DNA of 60,268 nucleotides, counting the filler. It is 8 parts of 8 records of this genome, joined end to end, with 100 filler letters (N's around TTAATTAATTAA, not from the genome) between each part and the next. Parts side by side here need not be neighbours in the genome. Positions count along the whole stretch, not along the records: positions 11,534 to 20,087 come from SRR31147125_80335; positions 20,188 to 25,659 come from SRR31147125_80372; positions 25,760 to 31,134 come from SRR31147125_80383; 5 more parts are not named here. One strand, given 5' to 3'. Below the pieces are notes generated by a model. That model did no database searches and was not told the origin of the DNA. It was given only the letters and a program-made list of their open reading frames with translations. Positions 19,974-30,033 of this stretch are shown here, in pieces (the stretch's first letter is position 1; each line of letters starts with the position of its first letter). The position numbers and the translations under genes were made by a program.

Positions 19974-20087
19974 ATGAAGAAGAGTTTTATAGTCCTTATT
20001 GTAATGTTGATGGCAATGAGTGCTGTTTTTGCAGGCGGAGAACAAGAAGAGAGTGCGGCAGTATCAAAACCGGCTGGGGGGACTTCA
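19974..20087 (+). CDS. Probable ABC substrate-binding protein, N-terminus only
   Basis: AGGAGG RBS. MKKSFIVLIVMLMAMSAVFAGGEQEE is a spirochaete-type signal peptide. Truncated by the spacer. Confidence 0.7.
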
Positions 20088-20285
20088 NNNNNNNNNNNNN
20101 NNNNNNNNNNNNNNNNNNNNNNNNNNNNNNNTTAATTAATTAANNNNNNNNNNNNNNNNNNNNNNNNNNNNNNNNNNNNNNNNNNNNAAAAAATTCAGTC
20201 CCCTGGCATTGTTAGATGAACGCAGGCAAAATATTTCCTGTATCACAAATTGTTTAATAATTCCTTCCTATAGGTTCAGCACACG

Positions 20286-20962
20286 ATGCGAGACATAGCA
20301 AAAAACTATCGAATTGTTCTCATTCATGCCACACCTGTTTCTGTAAATCCCATACTGGCAGCGTTCCACAAAGAGTGGTCAGATGCAGACACGGTCAATC
20401 TACTCGACGATTCGCTGGGGAGAGACCTCAACTCAGGAACGTTTGAGTCCGACCTGATAGAACAGCGAATAGTTGCACTCGGTCATTATGGCGTACAGAT
20501 TGGGGCAGATGGTATTCTCTACAGCTGTTCAGCTTTTGGTAGGGAGATCGATGCAGCAAAAAAACAGATTCAGATCCCGATCCTGAAACCGAACGAAGCG
20601 ATGTTTGAAGAAGCACTCATGATTGGTGGAAAAATTGGCATGATCGCCACCTTCAAACCAAGTATTCCATCGATGGAAAAGGAGTTTTATGCGCTGGCAG
20701 GTGAACTCGGAAAATCAGCCCAACTTGATTCGATTTTTGTTGACGATGCCATGGCATCACTGTCCCGGGGGATCGTGAAACGCATAACCGCCTGATTAAG
20801 GAAGCGTCTGCTGCCTTTGCAGACTATCAAACAGTTATGCTGGCTCAGTTTTCCGCTTCTCAGGCCCTGCAATCGGTTGCGGAACAGCTTGACTGCACCA
20901 TCCTGACAAGCCCCCTCAGTGCTGTAAGAAAGATGAAGCGTTCTCTTGCCGGTTCACGGTAA
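20286..20962 (+). CDS. Asp/Glu/hydantoin racemase superfamily protein, frameshifted at the G-run near 20770
   Basis: GADGILYSCSAFG and PILKPNEAMF motifs. Continues in the other frame as DRETHNRLI...VMLAQFS...ILTSPLSAV..* to TAA 20960-20962. Confidence 0.8.
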
Positions 20963-21082
20963 CCTTCCAGCTTGACTTTCGCCAGCGTGTGCGGCAGGAA
21001 CGCCTCGTCAATTTCGACGTCGAGAGATCCGTCAGGCAGCACCTTTACCGTCGCCTTCCCGACATACCCACCGTGAGTATCG
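20963..21082 (-). pseudogene. Short internal fragment of an unidentified protein-coding gene
   Basis: GC-rich patch reading THGGYVGKATVKVLPDGSLDVEIDEAFLPHTLAKVKLE, with no credible start or end. Confidence 0.35.
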
Positions 21083-21433
21083 CTACCACAGTATGACGCA
21101 TTGCAATTTCCCCTTATCCATTTTTGTTTGTGAGCGCGTTTTTTTCGAAAAGTGAGGTGCCACTCTGTTACACTCGTTATTCTGCGGATGAGATTTGTCA
21201 ATCAGTAAGATAAGGAGCTCCAACCCAGAACATCTCTCTTTTTGGTCTCCAACCAATTGAGAAAATTCCGGTATTTTACGGAACTTTCCAGCTCTTGCTG
21301 TTACTATTCTGAGTGATTGGTACGTTTCATGAAATCCACTCTCCCCGATACATTTGATAACGGGTAGATAATTCAGTAAGACCTCAGAGAACAAGCATTT
21401 AGCCTGAAATATCAAGAGAGGAGTAACACCACT

Positions 21434-22360
21434 ATGAAAATCTCAGTCTTGGGGGCCGCCGGAAGTATCGGCGCTCCGGTGTCTTTCAACATTGCCGTCT
21501 CTGGATTAGCCGAAGAACTCCTGATGGTTGATGTATCAAACCTGAATGTTCTGGAGCACCACGCACTGGACATCCAGACCGCAGCTTCGTTTCATAATGT
21601 AACGGTGAGAGCAGGGGGGTATGAAGATTTAACCGGTTCCGATGTAATCATCAACGCCGCGGGTGCACACAAAGCAATCAACAGCGATCGCCGCAAGAAG
21701 ATTCAGGATCAGACCCGGTTTGTAAATGATATTGCATTGATAATAAAATCATATTGTCCGGAAGCGATCGTGCTAACTGCGGTGAATCCCGTAGATGCCA
21801 TGAATTATGCAACGTATCTTGCCGGCGACTTTGACCGACGAAAACTGATCGGTTTTTCGATCAACGATTCGATAAGATTCAGAGAGACGTTGGCACACGT
21901 GCTAAATAAAAAGCCAGGTCAGATAGATGCCCTGGTACTGGGCGAACACGGCAGCACACAGGTACCTCTGTTCAGTTCTGTCAAAGTGGATGAAAAACCT
22001 GTTGAGATACCGGAAGATAAAAAAAGAAGAATTCGCGCCGGTATGTTTGACATGATCAAGAAGTTCGAATCGCTCAAAGCCGGTCGAACCGCAGGGTGGA
22101 CATGCGCCACAGGTTTCACGATGATTATCCGTGCCATAGTCAGGGAACAGAAGGTCGTTTTACCCTGTTCGGTCGTACTGGATGGCGAATACGGTCAAAA
22201 CAACATCAGTATGTCAGTCCCCGTAGTCTTGGGAAGAGATGGGGTCAAGGAAATAGTGGAATATGATTTGACATCGGATGAGCGGGAAGGATTGAAGAAC
22301 ACAGTAGAGACGTTGCAATCAGATGCGGCCGTTGTCAGAGATACCCTGACATCTCGTTGA
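21434..22360 (+). CDS. L-malate/L-lactate dehydrogenase family protein with a divergent substrate loop
   Basis: GAAGSIG, NPVDAM, DSIR, GEHG and GEYGQ motifs. GAGAGGAG RBS. Confidence 0.88.
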   Translation: MKISVLGAAGSIGAPVSFNIAVSGLAEELLMVDVSNLNVLEHHALDIQTAASFHNVTVRAGGYEDLTGSDVIINAAGAHKAINSDRRKKIQDQTRFVNDIALIIKSYCPEAIVLTAVNPVDAMNYATYLAGDFDRRKLIGFSINDSIRFRETLAHVLNKKPGQIDALVLGEHGSTQVPLFSSVKVDEKPVEIPEDKKRRIRAGMFDMIKKFESLKAGRTAGWTCATGFTMIIRAIVREQKVVLPCSVVLDGEYGQNNISMSVPVVLGRDGVKEIVEYDLTSDEREGLKNTVETLQSDAAVVRDTLTSR

Positions 22361-22940
22361 GATCATGAGTGTGATCAATTGTGAGCGCTGAGAGATACTC
22401 ATTCCCCTTCTTGAACGAGAGTCGAATCTGACTGGTATCGCTTGGGATTGAAATCTGGTGGGCGAGGCGTCTACAGATAAAAGCACATATGGATATGTTT
22501 TTAACTGTATTATACTATCACAATAATTATTTATAACGTCACATATACCGTCAACATTTGTTCGCTGTGCTTGAGCATTTTGCCCCCTATACACACCTGG
22601 TAGAAACTCTTGCTAAGTGTTAGTTTTATGGTTATCGATTCCCCCAACCATCCATCTTCAAATTCCTTAATCCGTCCAAGTTTCTATCCCGCCGTTTTCT
22701 TAGTAATCAAGTCGCCATGGCCTGTCATTGAGAGAACGTCCAGAGCTTGCTCCATCAAAAAACTACCTTGGCTGTAGGCCTCTTCACGAGATAATGCTCT
22801 AACAAGCCACTGCTGCCAGACGAGCGCGCCAGCGTTGGGTGATATGACAATTCCTTCCCAATAAATCCGGAACACAGAAGTGGCTTTGAAGCAAACCGTG
22901 GGGAATTGAAGCCTCATTTTAACATTTCACAACCGGACAT

Positions 22941-22976
22941 AAAAAAGACCAGGCCTCGCCTTCCGGAAGCCTGGTC
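22941..22976 (-). terminator. Rho-independent terminator of the CoA-disulfide reductase gene
   Basis: GACCAGGC...GCCTGGTC stem followed by T6 on the minus strand. Confidence 0.7.
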
Positions 22977-23004
22977 ATCACCATGAGAGTTATATCAGAA
23001 ACTG

Positions 23005-24717
23005 CTATACAAAATTGGGTTCGTGCACCATAATCAATGATAGTCCACCCTGGATATTTCTCGTGTTTGTAACGCCGTTAGCCGCAAGCGAAACCTGGGC
23101 TTCATAAGAACGGGTTCCGGTATCACAGAGCAGGAACACCTGCCCGTTATTCGGAACTTCACTAAATCTGCTTCGTAACGTTTCCTGGGGAATGTGGATC
23201 CAGCGATCGCCATATTTTTTGATAAACGGTTCGGCCTGGACTTCTTCACGAACATCAATAACCCGTACACTGCTGTCACCATGAAAGAGTTCCAGAAAAC
23301 ATACCGGACTGATGTTCTTGTTGCGCCCTTCAAGGATGTTGTCGAGGGTATTTCCAGCATTATTGATAACATCCATTGCAGAAGCGTACGGAGGTGCGTA
23401 ACCTGTTTCCAGTTCGGCGATCTTATCAACATTGATACCATACTCGAGAATCGATGCGACAGCATCAACTCTTGCCTTGACCGCATCTCCCATTTTGCCG
23501 ACCGCCTCAATACCGAGAACCATTCGACTTTTTTTGTCAGCAATCAAAGTAATGTACATTACCTCAGAATCCGGATAAAAATGTGCCCTGTCAGCTTGGG
23601 AGACAATGGCAATTGCAGGATCAAAGCCCGAGCGAATCGCCTGATGGTAGGTAAGTCCTGAGGTTGCAACCCCCATCTCAAAGACTTTCATACAAAAGGT
23701 TCCGACCGTTCCTTTAAAATGACTGCTGCCGCCGTTGATATTGGTTGCGATGATACGGCCCTGCCGGTTTGCTAGGGAGCCGAGCGGCATGGTCATATTC
23801 TCTCCGCTTATCAGGTTCCTGATCTCAGTACAGTCACCACCTGCATAGATATGCGGATCGCTGGTCCTCAATCTCCTGTCAACCAGGATGCCGCCGAATG
23901 CTCCTACAGCCAGTCCTGCATCGCTTGCTATCTTGGTGTTGGGGCGCACACCTGCTGAAAGGACAACCAGGTCACAGTCGACTTGACCGTTACCGGTAAC
24001 AACAGTCATTCCTTTGTTATCGTCCTTTTCGGTAATCTCTTTCACCTTTTCAGAAAGAAGAACTTGTACGTTATTCTTCTCAAGTTGACGCTGAACAACC
24101 GTTGCCACATTTTTTCCCAGAGCAGCCGGCAAGACCTGGTCCGCCATCTCGACAATGGTCGTCTCGACGCCCCAGAGGTCGGTCAGCGCCTCAGCCATCT
24201 CTATACCGATAGCACCTGCCCCGATAACAACGGCTTTGCTTACCTTGCCTTGGGCTATTCTGGTCTTGATGTTTTCCGCGTGGTGCAGGTTTGAAACGAT
24301 ACAGACATTGGGCAAATCTGATCCCGGGAAAGGAGGACGAACGGGGGACGCTCCGGTAGCGATAACCAGTTTATCATAATCCATCAATTCTTCCCGGTTG
24401 TCTTCGTTCAGGTACCGAACCCTCACCTGTTTTTCTTTACGCAGGATCTCGACAGCCTCAACCTCGACCAACACATTAATTCCCTTTATATCGTTAAAAA
24501 ACTGCTGGTTCCTGATTACATGGGACTGGGTTGAGCACAAACCATCTATATCCGAAACATCTCCGCCGATGTAATACGGTATTCCGCAACCTCCGTAAGA
24601 AATAACACTGTCCCTGTCAAGCACGGTGATCTCGGCCTCCGGATCAATCCGACGAAGCCTGCAGGCAACCTTTGGGCCAAGCGCCACAGCCCCGATAATC
24701 AAAACTTTTTTTGCCAT
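23005..24717 (-). CDS. CoA-disulfide/persulfide reductase with C-terminal rhodanese domain (Cdr/Npsr family)
   Basis: ISYGGCGIPYY redox Cys, GAGAIG, IYAGGDC, ANRQGR and YAPPY motifs. Rhodanese domain IDVRE...LLCDTGTRSYEA. Start MAKKVL at 24717. Confidence 0.92.
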   Translation of the reverse strand: MAKKVLIIGAVALGPKVACRLRRIDPEAEITVLDRDSVISYGGCGIPYYIGGDVSDIDGLCSTQSHVIRNQQFFNDIKGINVLVEVEAVEILRKEKQVRVRYLNEDNREELMDYDKLVIATGASPVRPPFPGSDLPNVCIVSNLHHAENIKTRIAQGKVSKAVVIGAGAIGIEMAEALTDLWGVETTIVEMADQVLPAALGKNVATVVQRQLEKNNVQVLLSEKVKEITEKDDNKGMTVVTGNGQVDCDLVVLSAGVRPNTKIASDAGLAVGAFGGILVDRRLRTSDPHIYAGGDCTEIRNLISGENMTMPLGSLANRQGRIIATNINGGSSHFKGTVGTFCMKVFEMGVATSGLTYHQAIRSGFDPAIAIVSQADRAHFYPDSEVMYITLIADKKSRMVLGIEAVGKMGDAVKARVDAVASILEYGINVDKIAELETGYAPPYASAMDVINNAGNTLDNILEGRNKNISPVCFLELFHGDSSVRVIDVREEVQAEPFIKKYGDRWIHIPQETLRSRFSEVPNNGQVFLLCDTGTRSYEAQVSLAANGVTNTRNIQGGLSLIMVHEPNFV

Positions 24718-25255
24718 TTTAAGTCCTCTTATGTTTTCAAGACATTTAAGTTTGTCTCTCCCGAAAGAGAGGTGGTAAACAAATCTCTGATGAACATGTA
24801 CTATAAAAGCCCTGGTCAGTCCAGCATTATCGATAATTTTCCGAAAACTCAGGATGGCCACAGAAAACAAAGAGAACAAAAACTGTACTAATACGGTAAG
24901 TGAAGGTTTTAATTATGTATATTAGATATTTACCTACAGCGGTCTAAATTCACACACGGCTCTGAAAAAGAAAATCAAACAGAACAAGGAACACAATCAG
25001 CTTATAAAGAAACGAATGCTAACTACAATCTATGCTGACAGATAGACAGTGTTCTGCCGACACAATCTGTACGCTGAACGTTAGCACTATCAATATATTA
25101 CAATGTGATACCACAAATCAAATACCCTATATACTTCAGCAAAGAATACACAAAAAACACAAGAAGACTTGCCTACTTGGTCTTACCAGCATCATAACTC
25201 AATTATTTATACCTAATTACAGCTATATGACGACCTCCCCCCAACAAATCAGTCC

Positions 25256-25459
25256 GATTATATTCTGTGTCAATCGATGGTACACCGGGCGTAACTTCAG
25301 CGTGCCCTTGAGAGTTCTGAAGGAACACACGGCTGCCAGCAGTTGTTTGTGACCAACAGCAATATCCTCGGCAGGCAGGTGCTGGTCACTGGTGGACAGG
25401 AAATACTTGCCGTCAAGGTTCTCATCCTGTTTGACTTTGGTCTTGTCAATTCACAGTTT
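25256..25459 (-). pseudogene. IS1634-family transposase remnant
   Basis: Manual translation: KL*IDKTKVKQDENLDGKYFLSTSDQHLPAEDIAVGHKQLLAAVCSFRTLKGTLKLRPVYHRL. This resembles the IS1634 DGKY...YKQL..VE..FR.LK...LRPVYHR region, with an in-frame stop and loss of the catalytic E. Confidence 0.75.
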
Positions 25460-25631
25460 GCTGCTTTTCTGTTATTTGACGAAGAGCGTATGGCTTCAGA
25501 AACTTTGAAAACTATCGGTTGCGGATAAGAGTTATGTGCGGGTAAAAGGAAATACGGATTGATCGACTTTGATTGCTGAGGAATACTCATCCCCCTTCTT
25601 TGAAGGAGAGCCTATAAGTGGTTGTAATTAC

Positions 25632-25659
25632 TGGTGGGCGAGGCGGGATTCGAACCCGC
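25632..25659 (-). tRNA. tRNA 3' fragment (T-arm, acceptor strand, CCA). Isotype not determinable, possibly Leu
   Basis: Minus strand GCGGGTTCGAATCCCGC-CTCGCCC-A-CCA. The rest is lost in the spacer. Confidence 0.85.
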
Positions 25660-25759
25660 NNNNNNNNNNNNNNNNNNNNNNNNNNNNNNNNNNNNNNNNN
25701 NNNTTAATTAATTAANNNNNNNNNNNNNNNNNNNNNNNNNNNNNNNNNNNNNNNNNNNN

Positions 25760-26143
25760 GATAGGTGCATTAACACGGTATCCAGCAGCTCCTGTCCAGC
25801 TTGATGTGAATACTAAGTCAATAGCTTCACCTGTTGCTAACTTTGTTCCAACAACGTCTGGATAATCGCCGTAATCAACAAATATAATGTCAACTGTGCA
25901 GTTGATTTTTTCTAAAGTATATTCATTGATTTTAGCTTCAACCATATCTTGGTCTGCTTGTTCTTGTGCACCAATTACGTACCACTTAAGCTCAACAGCT
26001 TCTTCCTCTTCAGCAGGAGCTTCTGTTGCTTCTACATCAGTTGTGTCTGCATCTGTAACGTCTGGTTCAGTAGATGTTTGGTCACATGCTGCCAGTGAAA
26101 ATAGCATCACTAAAGCTAACACAATAACTAGTAGTTTTTTCAT
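25760..26143 (-). CDS. Carbohydrate ABC substrate-binding lipoprotein (LplA-like, 3'-truncated)
   Basis: MKKLLVIVLALVMLFSLAAC lipobox, acidic linker, AGGAGG RBS. Confidence 0.88.
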
Positions 26144-26199
26144 TTCGTTTCCTCCTATTTCTTTAATTACACATACACATTTTTGTATATGTAAAATTG

Positions 26200-27111
26200 T
26201 TATCCTTTTATTGCGCCCATTGTTAATCCTTTTATAAAGTACTGCTGGAAGAACGGATAGGCTAGTAATAGCGGTCCTGCGCCAAGTACGCACATCGCCA
26301 TTCTGGCGGCCTCTACAGGCAGTGACCCCGTTAATTTTATAGACTGAGTATTGCTTTGTATGAATTCCATGTTTCCCATTATCCGATATAGCAGATACTG
26401 TACAGTGAACTTGCTTGAATCTTCGATAAAGTATAATCCCAGCTGAAAGTCGTTCCAGTATTTTAAAACAGTAAATAGTGTAACCGAAGCTAATCCCGGT
26501 ATTGCAAGAGGCAATACTATCCTTATAAAGGTTTTTATCTCTCCTGCTCCGTCAATTCTGGCACTCTCTATCACCTCATCGGGTATGGTGGTTGCGAAGA
26601 ATGTTCTTAAAATTACGATATACCACACATCAACTAAATAAGGTATTATTAGCACCCATAATGTGTCACCTAAGCCAAGCACTCTGGAATAAACATAATA
26701 AAACGGTACAAGTCCACCATTAAAAACAAATGTAATATACGCAAACAGTGAAAAGAATTTTCTGTATTTCAAATCCTTACGACTGATTGAATAGGCATAC
26801 AGAGCCATCATAGTAACACCGACCAAAGTTCCTACGGTAGTTACTAAAATCGTAACGCCATAAGAATTGAATAAATTTGACGATGAAGAAAATATGAATT
26901 TATATGCAGTACCCGAAAACACTTTTGGAATTACGTTGTATCCCTCAGTAATCAATGTACTGTTTTCAGTTAATGATGAGCCTACTATCATAAGCAACGG
27001 ATATATGCATGTTAATCCTATAACCACTGCAAACAATAATTTTAATAATCTATCAGCCGCAGGCGAAATTTTATTTATCTCTGAAAGACTTCTTTTTCTT
27101 TTTTTAAACAT
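26200..27111 (-). CDS. Carbohydrate ABC permease (LplC-like)
   Basis: EAA motif ESARIDGAGE, FNGGLVP, and C-terminal YPFFQQYFIKGLTMGAIKG. Confidence 0.93.
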   Translation of the reverse strand: MFKKRKRSLSEINKISPAADRLLKLLFAVVIGLTCIYPLLMIVGSSLTENSTLITEGYNVIPKVFSGTAYKFIFSSSSNLFNSYGVTILVTTVGTLVGVTMMALYAYSISRKDLKYRKFFSLFAYITFVFNGGLVPFYYVYSRVLGLGDTLWVLIIPYLVDVWYIVILRTFFATTIPDEVIESARIDGAGEIKTFIRIVLPLAIPGLASVTLFTVLKYWNDFQLGLYFIEDSSKFTVQYLLYRIMGNMEFIQSNTQSIKLTGSLPVEAARMAMCVLGAGPLLLAYPFFQQYFIKGLTMGAIKG

Positions 27112-27132
27112 CTTACCTTTAACCCTCCCCTT

Positions 27133-28104
27133 CTAGAACAATGACTTGCTGTCGTCAATTCTTTTTACAACCAAATTGGCAACTACAACAATTATCATAC
27201 CGACAACTGCCTGATAAAAGCCTGCTGCCGCTGCCATGGATATATTACCCATCTGCCGCAGAGCCCTGTAAACATAGGTATCTAAAACATCCGTCACATC
27301 ATAAAGGGCGCTAGAGTTATTAGTCACTTGAAAGTGCAGTCCAAAGTCTGCATAGAATATTCTGCCAACCAACATCAAAAACATAACTATTATTACCGGG
27401 GACAGCAAAGGAATAGTAATCTTAAATATCTGCTTCATCTTGCTTGCACCGTCTACAATTGCCGCCTCATACAGAGTATTGTCTATGCCAATCAGTGCTG
27501 AATAAATCAGAATCGTATTATATCCCGTATATCTCCACAGTTGAGCAAACACCAAAATAAATGGCCATGCTTGTACTTCCCTGTACCATGAAATCGCATC
27601 GGCTCCAAGGAACTCCAATAATTTTGTATTTATGAATCCTTTATCAACACTTAAAAATGAATAGAATATGTAGTTAACAACAACCCATGATAAAAAGAAC
27701 GGCATCAGCATAAATGATTGATATACCTTTTTTGCTCTTTTCTTTCTCATCTCATTCAGTGCTATAGCACAAAATGTTGCAACAGATATATCAAGAATAA
27801 TGTAAACAACATTATAAAGAACTGTATTTTTAGTTATCTTAACAAAATCCGGGGTAGAAAAGAAATACTTGAAGTTTTCAAAACCTACAAACTCGCTTTT
27901 AAAAAATCCCAGCACCGGTCTGTATTTAATAAATGCAATGGACAACCCTGCCATAGGCAGATAGTTATTAATCAGCAAAAATACAATAGTGGGAAGCATC
28001 ATTAGATACAATACCCAATTTTTGCATATTTCCTTACGGAATCCGCCCTTTTGTCTCGGCAGCTTATCCTTCTTGCCTAGCTTTCTCTGTTTCTCTTTTG
28101 ACAT
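27133..28104 (-). CDS. Carbohydrate ABC permease (LplB-like)
   Basis: LYEAAIVDGAS, PFFLSWVV and DVLDTYVYR motifs. Confidence 0.93.
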   Translation of the reverse strand: MSKEKQRKLGKKDKLPRQKGGFRKEICKNWVLYLMMLPTIVFLLINNYLPMAGLSIAFIKYRPVLGFFKSEFVGFENFKYFFSTPDFVKITKNTVLYNVVYIILDISVATFCAIALNEMRKKRAKKVYQSFMLMPFFLSWVVVNYIFYSFLSVDKGFINTKLLEFLGADAISWYREVQAWPFILVFAQLWRYTGYNTILIYSALIGIDNTLYEAAIVDGASKMKQIFKITIPLLSPVIIVMFLMLVGRIFYADFGLHFQVTNNSSALYDVTDVLDTYVYRALRQMGNISMAAAAGFYQAVVGMIIVVVANLVVKRIDDSKSLF

Positions 28105-28341
28105 ACCATTTCTCCTACTTTACCTCGTGTTATATTAGAAATAATACTATGTTTACATTTTGATTAAAATATATTATGTTGCTAAAGTGTGCACTGTATT
28201 GCTGTATTTTGGAAGCGCAAAATTGTGCAACAAAATTATGCAATATGTATTCTTTATTATGGATTCTTTGGGTAAATTGCATATTAATCAATATGTTTGC
28301 TTATACCTTTTGTAAAAAGTGGTAATTCGACATGAAAAGAC

Positions 28342-28382
28342 AAAAAAGTGTCCCCGATTGTTTATAATCAATCGGGGACACT
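28342..28382 (-). terminator. Rho-independent terminator after the response regulator
   Basis: 14-bp perfect stem AGTGTCCCCGATTG/CAATCGGGGACACT followed by a T-run on the minus strand. Confidence 0.8.
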
Positions 28383-28477
28383 ACCAATAATCCTTTGTGT
28401 AGGGTACGCATCGTACTCGGCAACATTTATATAATAAGGCGATTCAGATTATTTTGCAAACAATCTGAATTGTCTTT

Positions 28478-30022
28478 TTATCTTGCCTTTAATGTATTTC
28501 TGTACTCACTGGGCGTTAACCCAAGGCTGTTTTTAAACATTCTCGAAAAATAATGAGCGTCGGATATGCCCACCATTTCCCCCACCTGATATACCTTGTA
28601 CTGAACATCCTCCAGCAGGACGCAGGCATTGTCAATCCTTAAATCATTTAAGTATTCAGTCATGGTTTTGCCGGTCTCCTTTTTAAACATTCTGCTTATG
28701 TAAAACGGGCTGACATATACGGCATTTGCCACCTCGTTTAAAGTTACCTGTCTGTGATAATTTTTTTGAAGGTATTCTATGGCCTTTTTAGTAACCAGCT
28801 TCATGTTTTCTTTGGAATTTTCCTTGGCAATATTTGTAGCCTTTTCCGCAAGACGGCGAATGTCGGCAAACAGTCCTTCAAAGGTAGCGTCGCTGCCGGG
28901 CTTATAATCCTTTTCATCGGACACTTTGCCTAAATTCACCGCAATTTTTCTTAGCTTATCAATAACAGACCCGTCAGAATTTTTCAGCTTTGAAGCTTCA
29001 GCCTGTAGATTATTAAGGCTATCAATAGTCATTGTAATTGAGCCGAAGGGTATAGTATCCATCAGCAGCTGTCCCAATCCTACAAGTCTGACATCAGAAC
29101 GGTCTTTTGATGATACGACTTTTTCATTAAACAGCTCAAACATATTGCCGCTCTTTTCTCCATCGCTCTCCATTATGCTTCTGCACTGACCGTAGGATAA
29201 AAATATGTCCTCCATGCCTTTGCCTTTCTGGCTGATTGAAAGGTTTATTTCCATATTGAAGCTGTCTCTCATCATCACCTGAAGCTCTTTGCATCTTTCA
29301 TGAATTTTAGTTTCATCTTCTTCTTTATCTATATTTACGATAAATGCCACATTACAGTCATCTATTGCTATGCCCTGTAGGGAATAATCCTCCCCCAGCA
29401 TGTCCTCAAATGTCTGGAGCGCTCCGTATTTTATGTCATCTTTATCGTTTTCCTTCTGCTTTGAGCCTGCAAGCACCATTACATAATCTTCAATATTTAT
29501 TTCAAGACTGTTTTTTCTGTAGTCTATCTCGCTTTTATCCGTGGTTATTCCCATCATCACCTCAAACAACAGCTTTTCCCTTAGCTTGGGCAGGGATTTT
29601 TGATACTTTTCCTTAAGCTCAACGGATAATTCCTTTTTTACCTTGTCTTCATCCAGTTCTTTTACCGCTCTTAATATTACATCCTTTATTTCATTTAGTT
29701 TGGTCGGCTTTAAAATATAATCAAAAGCTCCTAAAACCAGAGCCTCTTTTACGTAGGCAAAATCGCAGTAGCCGGTTAAAATAATTACTTTCATATGACT
29801 GTCCTCCTCTACCATATGCTTAATCATCTCAAGCCCGTCCATCTCCGGCATACAGATATCCGTAAAAATAATATCCGGATTATGTTCACCTATCATATCT
29901 ATGCCCTCTACGCCGTCCGATGCTTCGCAGCAGACTTCACAGTTATAATGATTCCATGCTATTATATTTTTCAATCCCTTTCTTATAATAGGTTCATCAT
30001 CAACTATTAATACTTTATACAC
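28478..30022 (-). CDS. YesN-type response regulator (REC + AraC HTH)
   Basis: VLIVDDE, TDICMPEMDG and YILKP motifs, C-terminal AraC HTH. Confidence 0.93.
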   Translation of the reverse strand: MYKVLIVDDEPIIRKGLKNIIAWNHYNCEVCCEASDGVEGIDMIGEHNPDIIFTDICMPEMDGLEMIKHMVEEDSHMKVIILTGYCDFAYVKEALVLGAFDYILKPTKLNEIKDVILRAVKELDEDKVKKELSVELKEKYQKSLPKLREKLLFEVMMGITTDKSEIDYRKNSLEINIEDYVMVLAGSKQKENDKDDIKYGALQTFEDMLGEDYSLQGIAIDDCNVAFIVNIDKEEDETKIHERCKELQVMMRDSFNMEINLSISQKGKGMEDIFLSYGQCRSIMESDGEKSGNMFELFNEKVVSSKDRSDVRLVGLGQLLMDTIPFGSITMTIDSLNNLQAEASKLKNSDGSVIDKLRKIAVNLGKVSDEKDYKPGSDATFEGLFADIRRLAEKATNIAKENSKENMKLVTKKAIEYLQKNYHRQVTLNEVANAVYVSPFYISRMFKKETGKTMTEYLNDLRIDNACVLLEDVQYKVYQVGEMVGISDAHYFSRMFKNSLGLTPSEYRNTLKAR

Positions 30023-30033
30023 TCTCTTCTCCT

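Larger units (their letters stand above)
22455..25645. mobile_element. Small integrase-less genomic island bounded by a duplicated tRNA 3' end
   Basis: 15-bp direct repeat CTGGTGGGCGAGGCG at 22455-22469 and 25631-25645. The latter is the tRNA 3' end. Confidence 0.65.

Noticed and set aside
22684..22917. 77-aa ORF inside the tRNA island as a possible integrase remnant
   Set aside because: No tyrosine or serine recombinase motif recognisable.
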